In this document: piece after piece, positions 8,874 through 17,780 of the stretch | Layout of the letters: every line of letters starts with the position of its first letter | How positions within the stretch are numbered: position 1 is the first letter of the stretch | Made by a program: the position numbers and the translations under genes | Source: Candidatus Cloacimonadota bacterium | GTDB taxonomy: Bacteria; Cloacimonadota; Cloacimonadia; JGIOTU-2 | DNA: 39,735 nucleotides | Assembly: GCA_014382495.1 (NCBI GenBank) | Contig: JACNJR010000022.1 | Location: 1-39,735, forward strand | Direction: 5' to 3' | The notes under the pieces: generated by a model | Told to the model about the DNA's origin: nothing | Databases searched by the model: none | The model's input: only the letters and a program-made list of their open reading frames with translations

Positions 8874-11800
8874 TTAGAATTCAAATGCTATTCCGAAATT
8901 ATATTTTCTTCTTTCTGTGTAAATTCCTGGATTGGAGAGACCAGCCATATAAATTGCGGCACCAGCGATATCTTCTGCAGTATCAATATTATCATTCTCA
9001 TCCAAATCATAATCATCCCAATAATCAAATGTTCCTTGGTCGTCGGTTTCACCAGTTTTTTCATTTACCCAATTGATATTCTCCGTATCGAATAGATTTG
9101 TTATATTCAAGTAAAATTTTATTTTTGAATCTCCAAACAGATTAAATACTTTACTGAACCTTACATTTGCAACATTTGTCCAAGGTTTTCTTGCAGAATT
9201 TGTTTCAAGAGGAGCATTACTTTCAGGGTCGGGAGTAATCGGAGTATATGGCTCGCCAGATTGAATTTGCCAGAGAAAGTTAGCATAGAATTTATCAGGC
9301 ATTTTTAATCCCAAAACATAAAACTCCTCATCTTCTGGAATTCTGAAATCGAAGTTGACTGACCCGATATGACGAACATCCCAATCTAATGGAAATTCTC
9401 TTAAATTATCTGTCGCAGAACTAACCTCTGAATTCCTTCCGGTTGCCCAAGAATATGTATATCCAAGATTAAATCCCCAGAAATTACTAAATCTTTTTCT
9501 CAATGTAAATTCTATACCGCGAGCGCTACCATAATCGTTTGTAATATAAAGATAATGCTGTTTCCCAGATTCGGCAATACTATCAGGTAATAGCGAATAA
9601 TCATTGCTCCAAGTACTGACCAAATTGTGAATGTTTTTGTAAAATATGGTAACATCCAAAAGATAATCCTCTGCCATCTGATGTTCCACGCCGACTTCGT
9701 AAGTTATTGTAGTTTCTGGCTTAAGATTTGGATTTCCAACACTTGCTCCAGTACTTCCAACTTCAGGCCGTGCGCTTGTAAAAACATATTGCATTGGTGG
9801 TAATTGACTTTGATAATTATACGCAAAATGCATCACATCTTTTTCAGTAATTGGATGAGAGACGCCCAATCGAGGACTTATCATCAATTGAAATTTTTCA
9901 ACTTTCTCTTTTGAAATATAATAATCTCCACTTCCTGCTTGTTTGAGATATTCTACATAATCCCATTTTGCATCGACAAAATTTCCTGTAGTATCATTAA
10001 TTGTTTGATATTTTTCTCCCAGATACCAGAAATCAAATCTCATTCCGGCATTAACAATCATACCTTCCCATTCCATTTTATCCTGAAGATAATATGCACC
10101 TTGCCAAGGATATGCTTTGTAACCATCCACAGAACCACCGGCAAATTGGACAGCATCTTCAAAATCTGAAATTAAATATGTATGTCCGCCATAACCAAGT
10201 GTATCGGTTTCATTTACAAGTTCGCCATCTTTTGGGCAATTGGCTAAATAATTTGGCAAACGAACAGCATCGTCAATAATCCAAGGTCCAACAAGGCGAT
10301 CCTTAAAGATTTCATTATATTTGATTTCAATTCCGGTTTTAAAACTATGCACATTGTTCACTTGATATGTTAAATCTCCTCTAAGTGTGTATGTAACGGT
10401 TTTATCATCGATAAATGAACCAGAATGAGAACCAATTGATGAGAAGTATGGAACAGTTCGAACATCACCAAGCTGGTCCTTATATTCCACATAGCTGCCG
10501 GGAATATCAACACCATAATTGTTTGATTCAGGGTCATCGGGATTTAAATTAAAATTTCCATCGGAGAAATACCAATCTCTATCCACGCCGGAATTTAGAT
10601 TAATATCGGTTGCAAATCTGCTTCCGCGGATTGTGTAAAACATATTTGATGAAAGAGTATGGTCCCAAGTGAATGCCTGTTGGTCATGAGTTGTAGTCCA
10701 ATGATTGTAGTATTGTAACGAGTACTTCATACTGTGAGAATAAGGAAGATAGGTTTCACTATCACCTCTTAGCGAAAAAGTAAGTTTGTGTTTTGGAGTA
10801 AATTGAAATTTAACTTTTGTGTTCATCTGATAATTATTTTTAAATCTATTACCTAAATCAAAAAAGTCAAAAAGCAGGTCTCTATCTCCTTTGACGCTAT
10901 TTATTTCATTAATAAAATATAGAGAATCTGCGTAAACATTACTTCCATTTTCCATAAATAAGTCCCATAAAATGTCATTTTCATCAATAGTATAATATTT
11001 TCCATATCGCGTATCAGTCCAAGAACCTGAAGCATTGATATAAAATGTGTATTTATCTCTTTTTTGTTTTGAGCCAAAAGGAATGATTGGTCCGCCGAGA
11101 GCAAATTTAATTTGGTCAGAATTATTTCCATCATTGAATAAATGGTCAGAACTGGATTCTATTTTTCCAGTGTATTCAGGTCCGCCAGATTTTGTTATCA
11201 GATTAATAATTGCAGATTGTGCATTACCGAATTCAGCAGTAAATCCTCCTGTTTGAATAGACATATCGCTAACTGCGTCCATATCAAGATTCATACCAAA
11301 TCCGCCATCAACTGGATTTGAGACGGACATTCCATCAATAGTGTAAACGACTTCACCAGAACGTCCACCGCGAATATGCATATCTTCACCAGAACCGACA
11401 GCGCCAGCAGTAACAGCGACAATATCCTGAATATTTTCCACTGTCATATGCTCCATATCTTCTGCAGCGACAATGTTTTCAGAGCCAGTAATATCTCTCT
11501 CAACGAGTTTTCTTTTTGCTTTGACAGTAATCCCTTCAATTCCAATTGCCTTTTTCTGAAGTTCAAAATTTAATGTAGTGGTCAAATCCAGATTGATTTT
11601 CACTTTTTCCACAATCATATGTGCGTAATCCATTCTGAATGCTTTAACATCGTATTTTCCAGCTGGAATATTGATAACCATATATCTTCCCCTAGCATCG
11701 GTTATTGTTCCCATTTGTTTATCCAAAATCATAATGGTTGCACCGATAATCGGGTCGCCGGATTCCTTATCGATTACTCGTCCTATCAATTTCCCAGTTG

Positions 11801-11885
11801 TGCCAGCTGAAAGTATATTCGCAAAAAGCGTAAAAAACATTAAAAAAATCACAAAACGATATTTGCTCATCGACATTCCTTTCAT
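8874..11885 (-). CDS. TonB-dependent outer-membrane receptor with an N-terminal carboxypeptidase-regulatory-like domain (Oar-like architecture, no SusD partner)
   Basis: The N-terminal GKLIGRVIDKESGDPIIGATIMILDKQMGTITDARGRYMVINIPAGKYDV is CarboxypepD_reg-like. The plug-like region reads IVAAEDMEHMTVENIQDIV...HIRGGRSGEVVYTIDGMSV. A barrel of about 800 aa follows and ends in FGIAFEF. The true start is probably the third ATG (11870), which has an AAGGAA SD 6 nt upstream. Confidence 0.85.
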   Translation of the reverse strand: MKGMSMSKYRFVIFLMFFTLFANILSAGTTGKLIGRVIDKESGDPIIGATIMILDKQMGTITDARGRYMVINIPAGKYDVKAFRMDYAHMIVEKVKINLDLTTTLNFELQKKAIGIEGITVKAKRKLVERDITGSENIVAAEDMEHMTVENIQDIVAVTAGAVGSGEDMHIRGGRSGEVVYTIDGMSVSNPVDGGFGMNLDMDAVSDMSIQTGGFTAEFGNAQSAIINLITKSGGPEYTGKIESSSDHLFNDGNNSDQIKFALGGPIIPFGSKQKRDKYTFYINASGSWTDTRYGKYYTIDENDILWDLFMENGSNVYADSLYFINEINSVKGDRDLLFDFFDLGNRFKNNYQMNTKVKFQFTPKHKLTFSLRGDSETYLPYSHSMKYSLQYYNHWTTTHDQQAFTWDHTLSSNMFYTIRGSRFATDINLNSGVDRDWYFSDGNFNLNPDDPESNNYGVDIPGSYVEYKDQLGDVRTVPYFSSIGSHSGSFIDDKTVTYTLRGDLTYQVNNVHSFKTGIEIKYNEIFKDRLVGPWIIDDAVRLPNYLANCPKDGELVNETDTLGYGGHTYLISDFEDAVQFAGGSVDGYKAYPWQGAYYLQDKMEWEGMIVNAGMRFDFWYLGEKYQTINDTTGNFVDAKWDYVEYLKQAGSGDYYISKEKVEKFQLMISPRLGVSHPITEKDVMHFAYNYQSQLPPMQYVFTSARPEVGSTGASVGNPNLKPETTITYEVGVEHQMAEDYLLDVTIFYKNIHNLVSTWSNDYSLLPDSIAESGKQHYLYITNDYGSARGIEFTLRKRFSNFWGFNLGYTYSWATGRNSEVSSATDNLREFPLDWDVRHIGSVNFDFRIPEDEEFYVLGLKMPDKFYANFLWQIQSGEPYTPITPDPESNAPLETNSARKPWTNVANVRFSKVFNLFGDSKIKFYLNITNLFDTENINWVNEKTGETDDQGTFDYWDDYDLDENDNIDTAEDIAGAAIYMAGLSNPGIYTERRKYNFGIAFEF

Positions 11886-11968
11886 AAGAACATTATTCTA
11901 ATATAAAGTTAGAAAATACAATTTTTTGACTCCATAAAATTTAGTGTCAATTTTTTTTCAAAATATTT

Positions 11969-12760
11969 TTATTTTTCTATAATTTTTTTGATAAATTTTT
12001 TTTCAAATTTATTCAGACCACTTTTTTTGTCCAATTTTATCGGAAATATCTCCTCAAAAGCTTCATTTAATTTATATGAAAATTCAAGAAATGAAATAGG
12101 GGAATCCAGAATTTGATTTATTGCTATCGTTTTTTTTGAGAGATATTTTTTGAGAATGTTTCTCTCATTTTCATTTTTGACAATCAGAAATTTTGACATT
12201 AGTTCTTGATTATTATTGAGCAAAATTGAGCCATGTTGTAGAAACGCACCATCTTTTCTGATTTGAGCACTTCCAATAATTTTCTTGTTTTTGTAATGAA
12301 TTTCATATTTTGAAGCACTTGTAAAACAAGGATTTGACCACTTTTTTTGGTTATTCAAACTTGGCAAACCATTTTCCATTTCTGCATCAATTCCAATTTT
12401 TTTCAGTGTTGCTAAAAGTACTTTCCCAATTTTTTGATAGGATTGCAAAATTGAACCTTTCAGAATTCCATCGGTTTTTGCGATAACTGCATAAGTTATT
12501 TCATCGTAATGAAGCACAGCTCTGCCGCCGGTCGGTCTGCGAACAATGCCAAATCCTGATTTTTTTACTCTTTCCAAATCAATATATTTTGCGATATTTT
12601 GATGAAAACCGAAAGAGATTGTTGGTGGATTCCAATCATAAATTCTGACAGTTTGAGGAGAAATTCCATTTGCAACGCCTTCCAAAATTGCTTTGTCTAT
12701 CGCCATATTTTCGTTGGGAGGCATTTTGCCAGAATTAATGAAGCGCCAGATTTCAGCCAT
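11969..12760 (-). CDS. Lipoate/octanoyl-protein ligase family protein (LplA/LipM-like catalytic domain only)
   Basis: It carries the motif RRPTGGRAVLHYDEITY and the lysine motif KKIIGSAQ, both typical of BPL/LPL catalytic domains. At 263 aa it lacks the LplA C-terminal accessory domain. Confidence 0.75.
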   Translation of the reverse strand: MAEIWRFINSGKMPPNENMAIDKAILEGVANGISPQTVRIYDWNPPTISFGFHQNIAKYIDLERVKKSGFGIVRRPTGGRAVLHYDEITYAVIAKTDGILKGSILQSYQKIGKVLLATLKKIGIDAEMENGLPSLNNQKKWSNPCFTSASKYEIHYKNKKIIGSAQIRKDGAFLQHGSILLNNNQELMSKFLIVKNENERNILKKYLSKKTIAINQILDSPISFLEFSYKLNEAFEEIFPIKLDKKSGLNKFEKKFIKKIIEK

Positions 12761-12763
12761 TCA

Positions 12764-13663
12764 TCAAAATTGTGTATATTTTTTCAACAAATTTACTCGG
12801 GTTTCTATCTTTTCTTTATCCATTTTTTTTAATGAATCCAAACTAAAACTTTCAATATCAAACGATGCAGTTATCGTTCCGTACAATGCAGCTTTTTTGA
12901 GCGTCTGTTCGTCAAGTTTTTTTTCGCTTGTGAGAAATCCCATAAAGCCGCCAGCGAAACTGTCTCCAGCGCCAGTCGTATCGATTGCATTTTTTAGAGG
13001 AAAAACAGGAACGAAGAAAAGGAAATTTTTTGCAATCGTGATAGAACCGTATTCTCCTCGTTTGATTACAATAATTTTTGGACCAATTTTGAAAGTTTTT
13101 TCGGCTGCGTCAAAAATTGAAGCTGAATCTGTCAGCATTCTGATTTCATCTTCATTTATAAAGAGAATGTCTATCATTTTTAGCAATTTTTTTAGAGATT
13201 TATTTTTGCTTTTAATCCAAAAATTCATAGTATCTGCTGCAATAATTTTTGGCTTTTTCAATTGGTCAATAACACTAATTTGTAAATCTGGGTCGATATT
13301 TCCCAATAAAATATATTTGGATAATTTCTGTTTTTCTGGAATTTTAGGCGAGAAATTTGCAAAAACATTTAGCGAAGTTTGCAAAGTAATTGCTTCATTC
13401 AGATTTTCATATTTCCCTTTCCAGCGAAAGGTCTTGCCATTTGCAATTTTCACACCTTTTATATCAATATTTTTTGTTTTCAGAAGTTCAAGATATTCGT
13501 TTGGAAAGTCATTACCAATCACACCAACAATTGAAATATTTTTGGAAAAACAGCTAGCAGCAATTGAAGCATAAACCGCAGAGCCGCCGAGTACTTCTTC
13601 GACTTTACCAAAAGGATTTTCAACAGAATCCAGAGCAATTGAACCGATAATTAGCAGATTCAT
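12764..13663 (-). CDS. PfkB-family carbohydrate/nucleoside kinase
   Basis: The N-terminus IGSIALDSV..LGGSAVYAS and the C-terminal DTTGAGDSFAGGF anion-hole motif both fit the family. Confidence 0.85.
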   Translation of the reverse strand: MNLLIIGSIALDSVENPFGKVEEVLGGSAVYASIAASCFSKNISIVGVIGNDFPNEYLELLKTKNIDIKGVKIANGKTFRWKGKYENLNEAITLQTSLNVFANFSPKIPEKQKLSKYILLGNIDPDLQISVIDQLKKPKIIAADTMNFWIKSKNKSLKKLLKMIDILFINEDEIRMLTDSASIFDAAEKTFKIGPKIIVIKRGEYGSITIAKNFLFFVPVFPLKNAIDTTGAGDSFAGGFMGFLTSEKKLDEQTLKKAALYGTITASFDIESFSLDSLKKMDKEKIETRVNLLKKYTQF

Positions 13664-13869
13664 TTTTCTTGCTCGATTATTATTGTGGTATTCTGTTTTT
13701 TTGAATTTATAAGATAATCGAAGAATTTTTGCGGACCGCCAGCCGAGAAAAATCTTATTATTAAAAGAACAAAAATCAGAGCAATCAATCTTATTAAAAT
13801 TTTCCAGAATGCGGTTAAATCTTTGTTTCTTCGTTTTCGTCGTCTAAGCCATTCGTCTTTGAATTCCAT
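13660..13869 (-). CDS. Small single-pass membrane protein, hypothetical
   Basis: The 69-aa product has a basic N-terminus (RRRKRRNK) followed by one hydrophobic helix. It overlaps the pfkB start by 4 nt and begins 3 nt after the aminotransferase stop. There is no homology evidence. Confidence 0.4.
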   Translation of the reverse strand: MEFKDEWLRRRKRRNKDLTAFWKILIRLIALIFVLLIIRFFSAGGPQKFFDYLINSKKQNTTIIIEQEK

Positions 13870-13872
13870 ATT

Positions 13873-15057
13873 TTAGTCCAGAAGATTTTTCAAACCTTTT
13901 TCGAAACGTTTCACACCTTTTTTGATATTTTCCATTGAGTTTGCATATGAAAATCGGACAAATCCTTCGATGCCAAATGCCGAGCCAGGAACAAGTGCAA
14001 TATGATAATTTTCCAAAAGAAAGTCGCACAAATTTGCTGATGTTTTAACTCCTTTTTTATTCTGTTCCAAATAATATGACACATTCGGCATTGCGTAAAA
14101 AGCACCTTTTGGAATAGCACATTTTATGTTTGGAATTGAGTTCAATTTTTCAATTAAAAAATTTCTTCGTTTTTCAAATTCTTGTCTCATTTTTTCGACC
14201 GAATCATCTTTTTCCAGAAGTGCAGAAATAACCGCTCTTTGCGTAATAGAATTTGCGCAAGATGTTGAATGTCCTTGAATTTTCAATGCTGATTTTATTA
14301 TTTTTTCAGGACCTGCAGCATAGCCTAATCTCCAGCCAGTCATTGCATAAGCTTTTGAAACGCCGTTAATTACGACAGTTCGCGCCTTCATTTTTGGTAA
14401 TGATGCTATGGAAATATGCTCCGTTTTATCGTAAATTAATTTCTCATAAATCTCATCAGAAATAACTGTTAGGTCGTGTTTTATTGCAAGTTTTGCAATC
14501 TCTTCTAATTCCATACGCGTGTAGACAATTCCAGTCGGATTATTGGGTGAATTTATGATGATTGCTTTGACTTTTGATGAGATATTTTTCTCAATATTTT
14601 TTGTAGAAATTTTGAAATCATCTCCTTCAGGTTCGATAAATTTTGGAATCGCATCAGTCATAATAATTTGTGAATAATAACTCACCCAAAATGGAATTGG
14701 CAACAGCACTTCGTCTTTGTAATTGCAAATTGCAAGCAGAATATTCATAATACAATTTTTTGCGCCCGAGGAGACCATAATATTTTCCGGACAATAATCG
14801 AGGTTATTATCTTTTTTGAACTTTCCACAAATTGCATTTCGCAATTCGAGCATTCCAGCTGTTGCTGTATAGTGCGTGTAGTTCTCATCAATTGCTTTTT
14901 TGGCAGCAGATTTGATATTTTGTGGAGTTTGAAAATCTGGTTCACCGATACTGAAATTAATCACATCAATTCCTTCCGCTTGCATCTCTTTGGATTTTGT
15001 GGAAATTGCAATTGTAGCAGAAGATTTTAGCTTTTTTACTCTTTCAGAAATTGGCAT
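13873..15057 (-). CDS. Class I/II PLP-dependent aminotransferase (aspartate aminotransferase-like)
   Basis: It carries NSPNNPTG and the PLP-lysine motif SKAYAMTGWRLGY. The length is 394 aa. Confidence 0.85.
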   Translation of the reverse strand: MPISERVKKLKSSATIAISTKSKEMQAEGIDVINFSIGEPDFQTPQNIKSAAKKAIDENYTHYTATAGMLELRNAICGKFKKDNNLDYCPENIMVSSGAKNCIMNILLAICNYKDEVLLPIPFWVSYYSQIIMTDAIPKFIEPEGDDFKISTKNIEKNISSKVKAIIINSPNNPTGIVYTRMELEEIAKLAIKHDLTVISDEIYEKLIYDKTEHISIASLPKMKARTVVINGVSKAYAMTGWRLGYAAGPEKIIKSALKIQGHSTSCANSITQRAVISALLEKDDSVEKMRQEFEKRRNFLIEKLNSIPNIKCAIPKGAFYAMPNVSYYLEQNKKGVKTSANLCDFLLENYHIALVPGSAFGIEGFVRFSYANSMENIKKGVKRFEKGLKNLLD

Positions 15058-15074
15058 TTCATTTTTCCTTTATT

Positions 15075-17156
15075 CTAAATTTCATAAACTATTTTTGACA
15101 AATCAGCGATTTTCACAAAATGACCGTTCAACAATCTGAGCAAAGCCATCCGATTCTCTCTAATTTTTTCATCTTTTACCATCACCATAACATTATCGAA
15201 AAAGTCGTCTATATCGTCTTTTAACGCAATCAACATATTCAAAGCTTTCTGATAATTTTGAGATTCAACATATTTTTGATATTTTGGAGCAAGATTATTC
15301 ATTTTTTGATAAAGAGAAATTTCTTCATTTTTCTCAAACAATTTTGTGTCTAATTTATTCACATTTTTTGAACTTGAAAGAATATTTGTAACTCGTTTGA
15401 AGCCAATAATAAGTTTCCGAAATTCATCTTTAGATTTGAGATTTTGCAGATTTTTTGCTCGCAGAATTGTGTCGGGAATATTGGCAAATCCGCTTTCCAT
15501 AACTGCGTCAATCACATCGTATTCGATTTTGTAATTTTCAAGATGTTTTTTTACTCTTTGACTAAAAAAATCAAGCAATTTCGAAGCAGCAGAATGCTCA
15601 TCTTTTGATATTTTTTCGAATGAAGTAAGAGATTTTTCTATGAATTTAATTATTGAGATTGGCAGATTATGTTTATCGAGAATTCTGATGATTCCATTTC
15701 CTGCTCTTCGCAAAGCAAGTGGGTCACTCGATCCGGATGGAATTAGTCCAATCGAAAAACATCCGCAAATTGTATCCATTTTATCAACGAGCGATAATGC
15801 AATTCCTGTCTGAGTTTCTGGAAGAATATCATCTTTGTAGCGTGGCAAATATTGCTCAAAAATTGCCTTTGCCACTTCGTCGTTTTCTTTGTCACTCAAA
15901 GCATATTGCCATCCAATAAAACCTTGAAGTTTTGTATATTCCTTCTCGCCGAGCATCAGCGTTGTCAAATCTGTTTTGGAAAGCTGAATCGCGCGTGCTA
16001 TTTTTTTTGCTTCAAAATTTAGATTTTTTGCAAGAAATTTGCTGAGTTCTTTCATCCGTTCAGTTTTATCAAAATACGAACCAAGTTTCTTCTGAAATGT
16101 AGTTTTTTTTGTAATTTCTATCCTATCGACAAGTTTAGTTTTTTTGTCGGTTTCAAAATAAAATTTCGCATCGGAAAGTCGCGCATTTATTACGCGTTCG
16201 TTCCCATATTTTACTTTCTGAATTGTCTTCGGATTGCTGTTTGCAATGCAGATGAAATTCGGAAGGAGATTTCCTTTTTTATCATAAAGTGAAAAACATT
16301 TTTGCGTTTCGGAAAGTGTGGTTTTTAGCACTTCTGCAGGAAGTTCAAGGAAATCTTTGTCAAATTCTCCCAAAACAGGAGATGGAAATTCGACCAAATC
16401 GGTAACAGTTTCGACCAATTCTGGATTATCAGCAGGAATTCCATTTACTTTTGACGCAGTTTCATTAAGTTGATTTAGAATAATTTTTTTTCGTTTCTCT
16501 CTTTCTACGATTACAAAATGCTTTTCTAATTTCGATTTGTAGCCATCAATCGAATTTATCGTAAGTTTGTTATGAAGATTTTCGAATCTATTTCCAAAAC
16601 TGAACGAATTGCTTCTGATATTTCCAAATTGGAAATCGAGAATATTCTGATTAAAAATAGCCAAAATCCAGCGAATTGGACGCGCAAAAGAGATACTATT
16701 TTCCGACCATCGCATCGTTTTTGGAAATTGGATTTTGCCGATTATTTCAATTGAAATTTGTTTCAAAATTTCTTCTGTTATTTTGCCTTTGATGACTTTT
16801 GTTGCAGAAAGATATTCGCCCTTTTTAAGTTTTTTGATTACTATATCTTTTTTAGAAAGATTTTGCTTTTTCAGAAAACCTAATCCGACCTGATTAAAAT
16901 TTCTATTTGAATCAAAAGCAATCTTTTTTGGCGGACCGATAATTTCTTTTTGGCTATCTTTCTGTCTATTTGGAAGATTGCGAATTATAATAGTGAGTCG
17001 TCTTGGCGTGGAATATTTTTCGATACTTTCAAATTTTATCTTATGATTTTGGAGTTGGTTGCTAAAATAATTTACCATAAAATCAATTGCTGGCAGGATA
17101 TAGTTGGCAGGCAATTCTTCTACACCAATTTCAAAAAGATATTTATTTTTAATCAT
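15075..17156 (-). CDS. glyS: Glycine--tRNA ligase beta subunit
   Basis: The N-terminus reads LFEIGVEELPA. The 693-aa length and the internal GDLRRAGNGIIRIL-type region (SDPLALRRAGNGIIRI) also fit. Confidence 0.9.
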   Translation of the reverse strand: MIKNKYLFEIGVEELPANYILPAIDFMVNYFSNQLQNHKIKFESIEKYSTPRRLTIIIRNLPNRQKDSQKEIIGPPKKIAFDSNRNFNQVGLGFLKKQNLSKKDIVIKKLKKGEYLSATKVIKGKITEEILKQISIEIIGKIQFPKTMRWSENSISFARPIRWILAIFNQNILDFQFGNIRSNSFSFGNRFENLHNKLTINSIDGYKSKLEKHFVIVEREKRKKIILNQLNETASKVNGIPADNPELVETVTDLVEFPSPVLGEFDKDFLELPAEVLKTTLSETQKCFSLYDKKGNLLPNFICIANSNPKTIQKVKYGNERVINARLSDAKFYFETDKKTKLVDRIEITKKTTFQKKLGSYFDKTERMKELSKFLAKNLNFEAKKIARAIQLSKTDLTTLMLGEKEYTKLQGFIGWQYALSDKENDEVAKAIFEQYLPRYKDDILPETQTGIALSLVDKMDTICGCFSIGLIPSGSSDPLALRRAGNGIIRILDKHNLPISIIKFIEKSLTSFEKISKDEHSAASKLLDFFSQRVKKHLENYKIEYDVIDAVMESGFANIPDTILRAKNLQNLKSKDEFRKLIIGFKRVTNILSSSKNVNKLDTKLFEKNEEISLYQKMNNLAPKYQKYVESQNYQKALNMLIALKDDIDDFFDNVMVMVKDEKIRENRMALLRLLNGHFVKIADLSKIVYEI

Positions 17157-17239
17157 AAGATTCGGTAAATTGCTTTTTGTTTATTTTGATGTCAAGATTT
17201 TGAGAACTAAACGCAAAAAATGCAAGAGAATAAAATTTG

Positions 17240-17677
17240 TCATTTTTCCAAAATAAAAGTAGCAGGACCACAATTTACCAATTCAATTTCCATCAAAGCA
17301 CCAAAAATTCCAAGTTTTGGTTTAATTCCATTTCTTTCCAATTCTACTGCGAATTCATTGTATAATTTTTCTGCAATTTCTGGCAAGGCAGAATCTGTAA
17401 AACTTGGACGATTTCCTCTTTTGCAATCAGCACATAAAGTAAATTGTGAAACAAGTAAAATTTCACCATTAATATCTTTTATGCTTAAATTCATTTTTCC
17501 ATTTTTATCTTCAAAAATTCTGAGATTCACACATTTTTTAGCGAGATATTCAATCTGATTTTTGTCATCATTCGGCAAAATGCCAAGAAAAAGGAGTAGA
17601 CCAAATCCAATTTTTGAGACAAGTTTTCCGTCAACTTTTACCGATGCGTTTTTCACTCTTTGAACCAAAATCTTCAT
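17240..17677 (-). CDS. dtd: D-aminoacyl-tRNA deacylase
   Basis: The product is 145 aa. It contains [16 protein letters not shown] and GNRPSF motifs. Confidence 0.9.
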   Translation of the reverse strand: MKILVQRVKNASVKVDGKLVSKIGFGLLLFLGILPNDDKNQIEYLAKKCVNLRIFEDKNGKMNLSIKDINGEILLVSQFTLCADCKRGNRPSFTDSALPEIAEKLYNEFAVELERNGIKPKLGIFGALMEIELVNCGPATFILEK

Positions 17678-17780
17678 TGTCGCTCCTGCAATAATTTATC
17701 AAAAAAAATTCAAATTTAGTTTTATTTTGTCAAATTTCTTGACGATAAATTCTTAATCGAAATTCTTCGGAGATCAGATT

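Noticed and set aside
11886-11968. A TTGACA box (reverse complement of 11945-11950) upstream of the receptor gene, and a TAGAAT nearer the start
   Set aside because: The two elements are not at compatible spacing with each other, so there is no consistent -35/-10 pair. I left this uncalled.
12693-13574. A 293-aa plus-strand ORF
   Set aside because: It is antisense to the PfkB kinase gene, which has clear family motifs. The product is low-complexity (F, I, S-rich), typical of shadow ORFs in AT-rich DNA. The same reasoning applies to 27361..27891, 6698..7114, 5134..5502, 20820..21266 and 22785..23165.
15075-17156. glyS without an adjacent glyQ (dtd lies upstream instead)
   Set aside because: Separation of the two glycyl-tRNA synthetase subunit genes occurs in various bacteria. 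glyQ may simply lie elsewhere, and this cannot be judged from one window.
17678-17780. Divergent dtd/coaX spacer with TTGACA (reverse complement of 17728-17733) and TTGACG (17739-17744) boxes as promoters
   Set aside because: I found no acceptable -10 hexamer at 16-18 nt spacing for either box, so I did not call promoters here.
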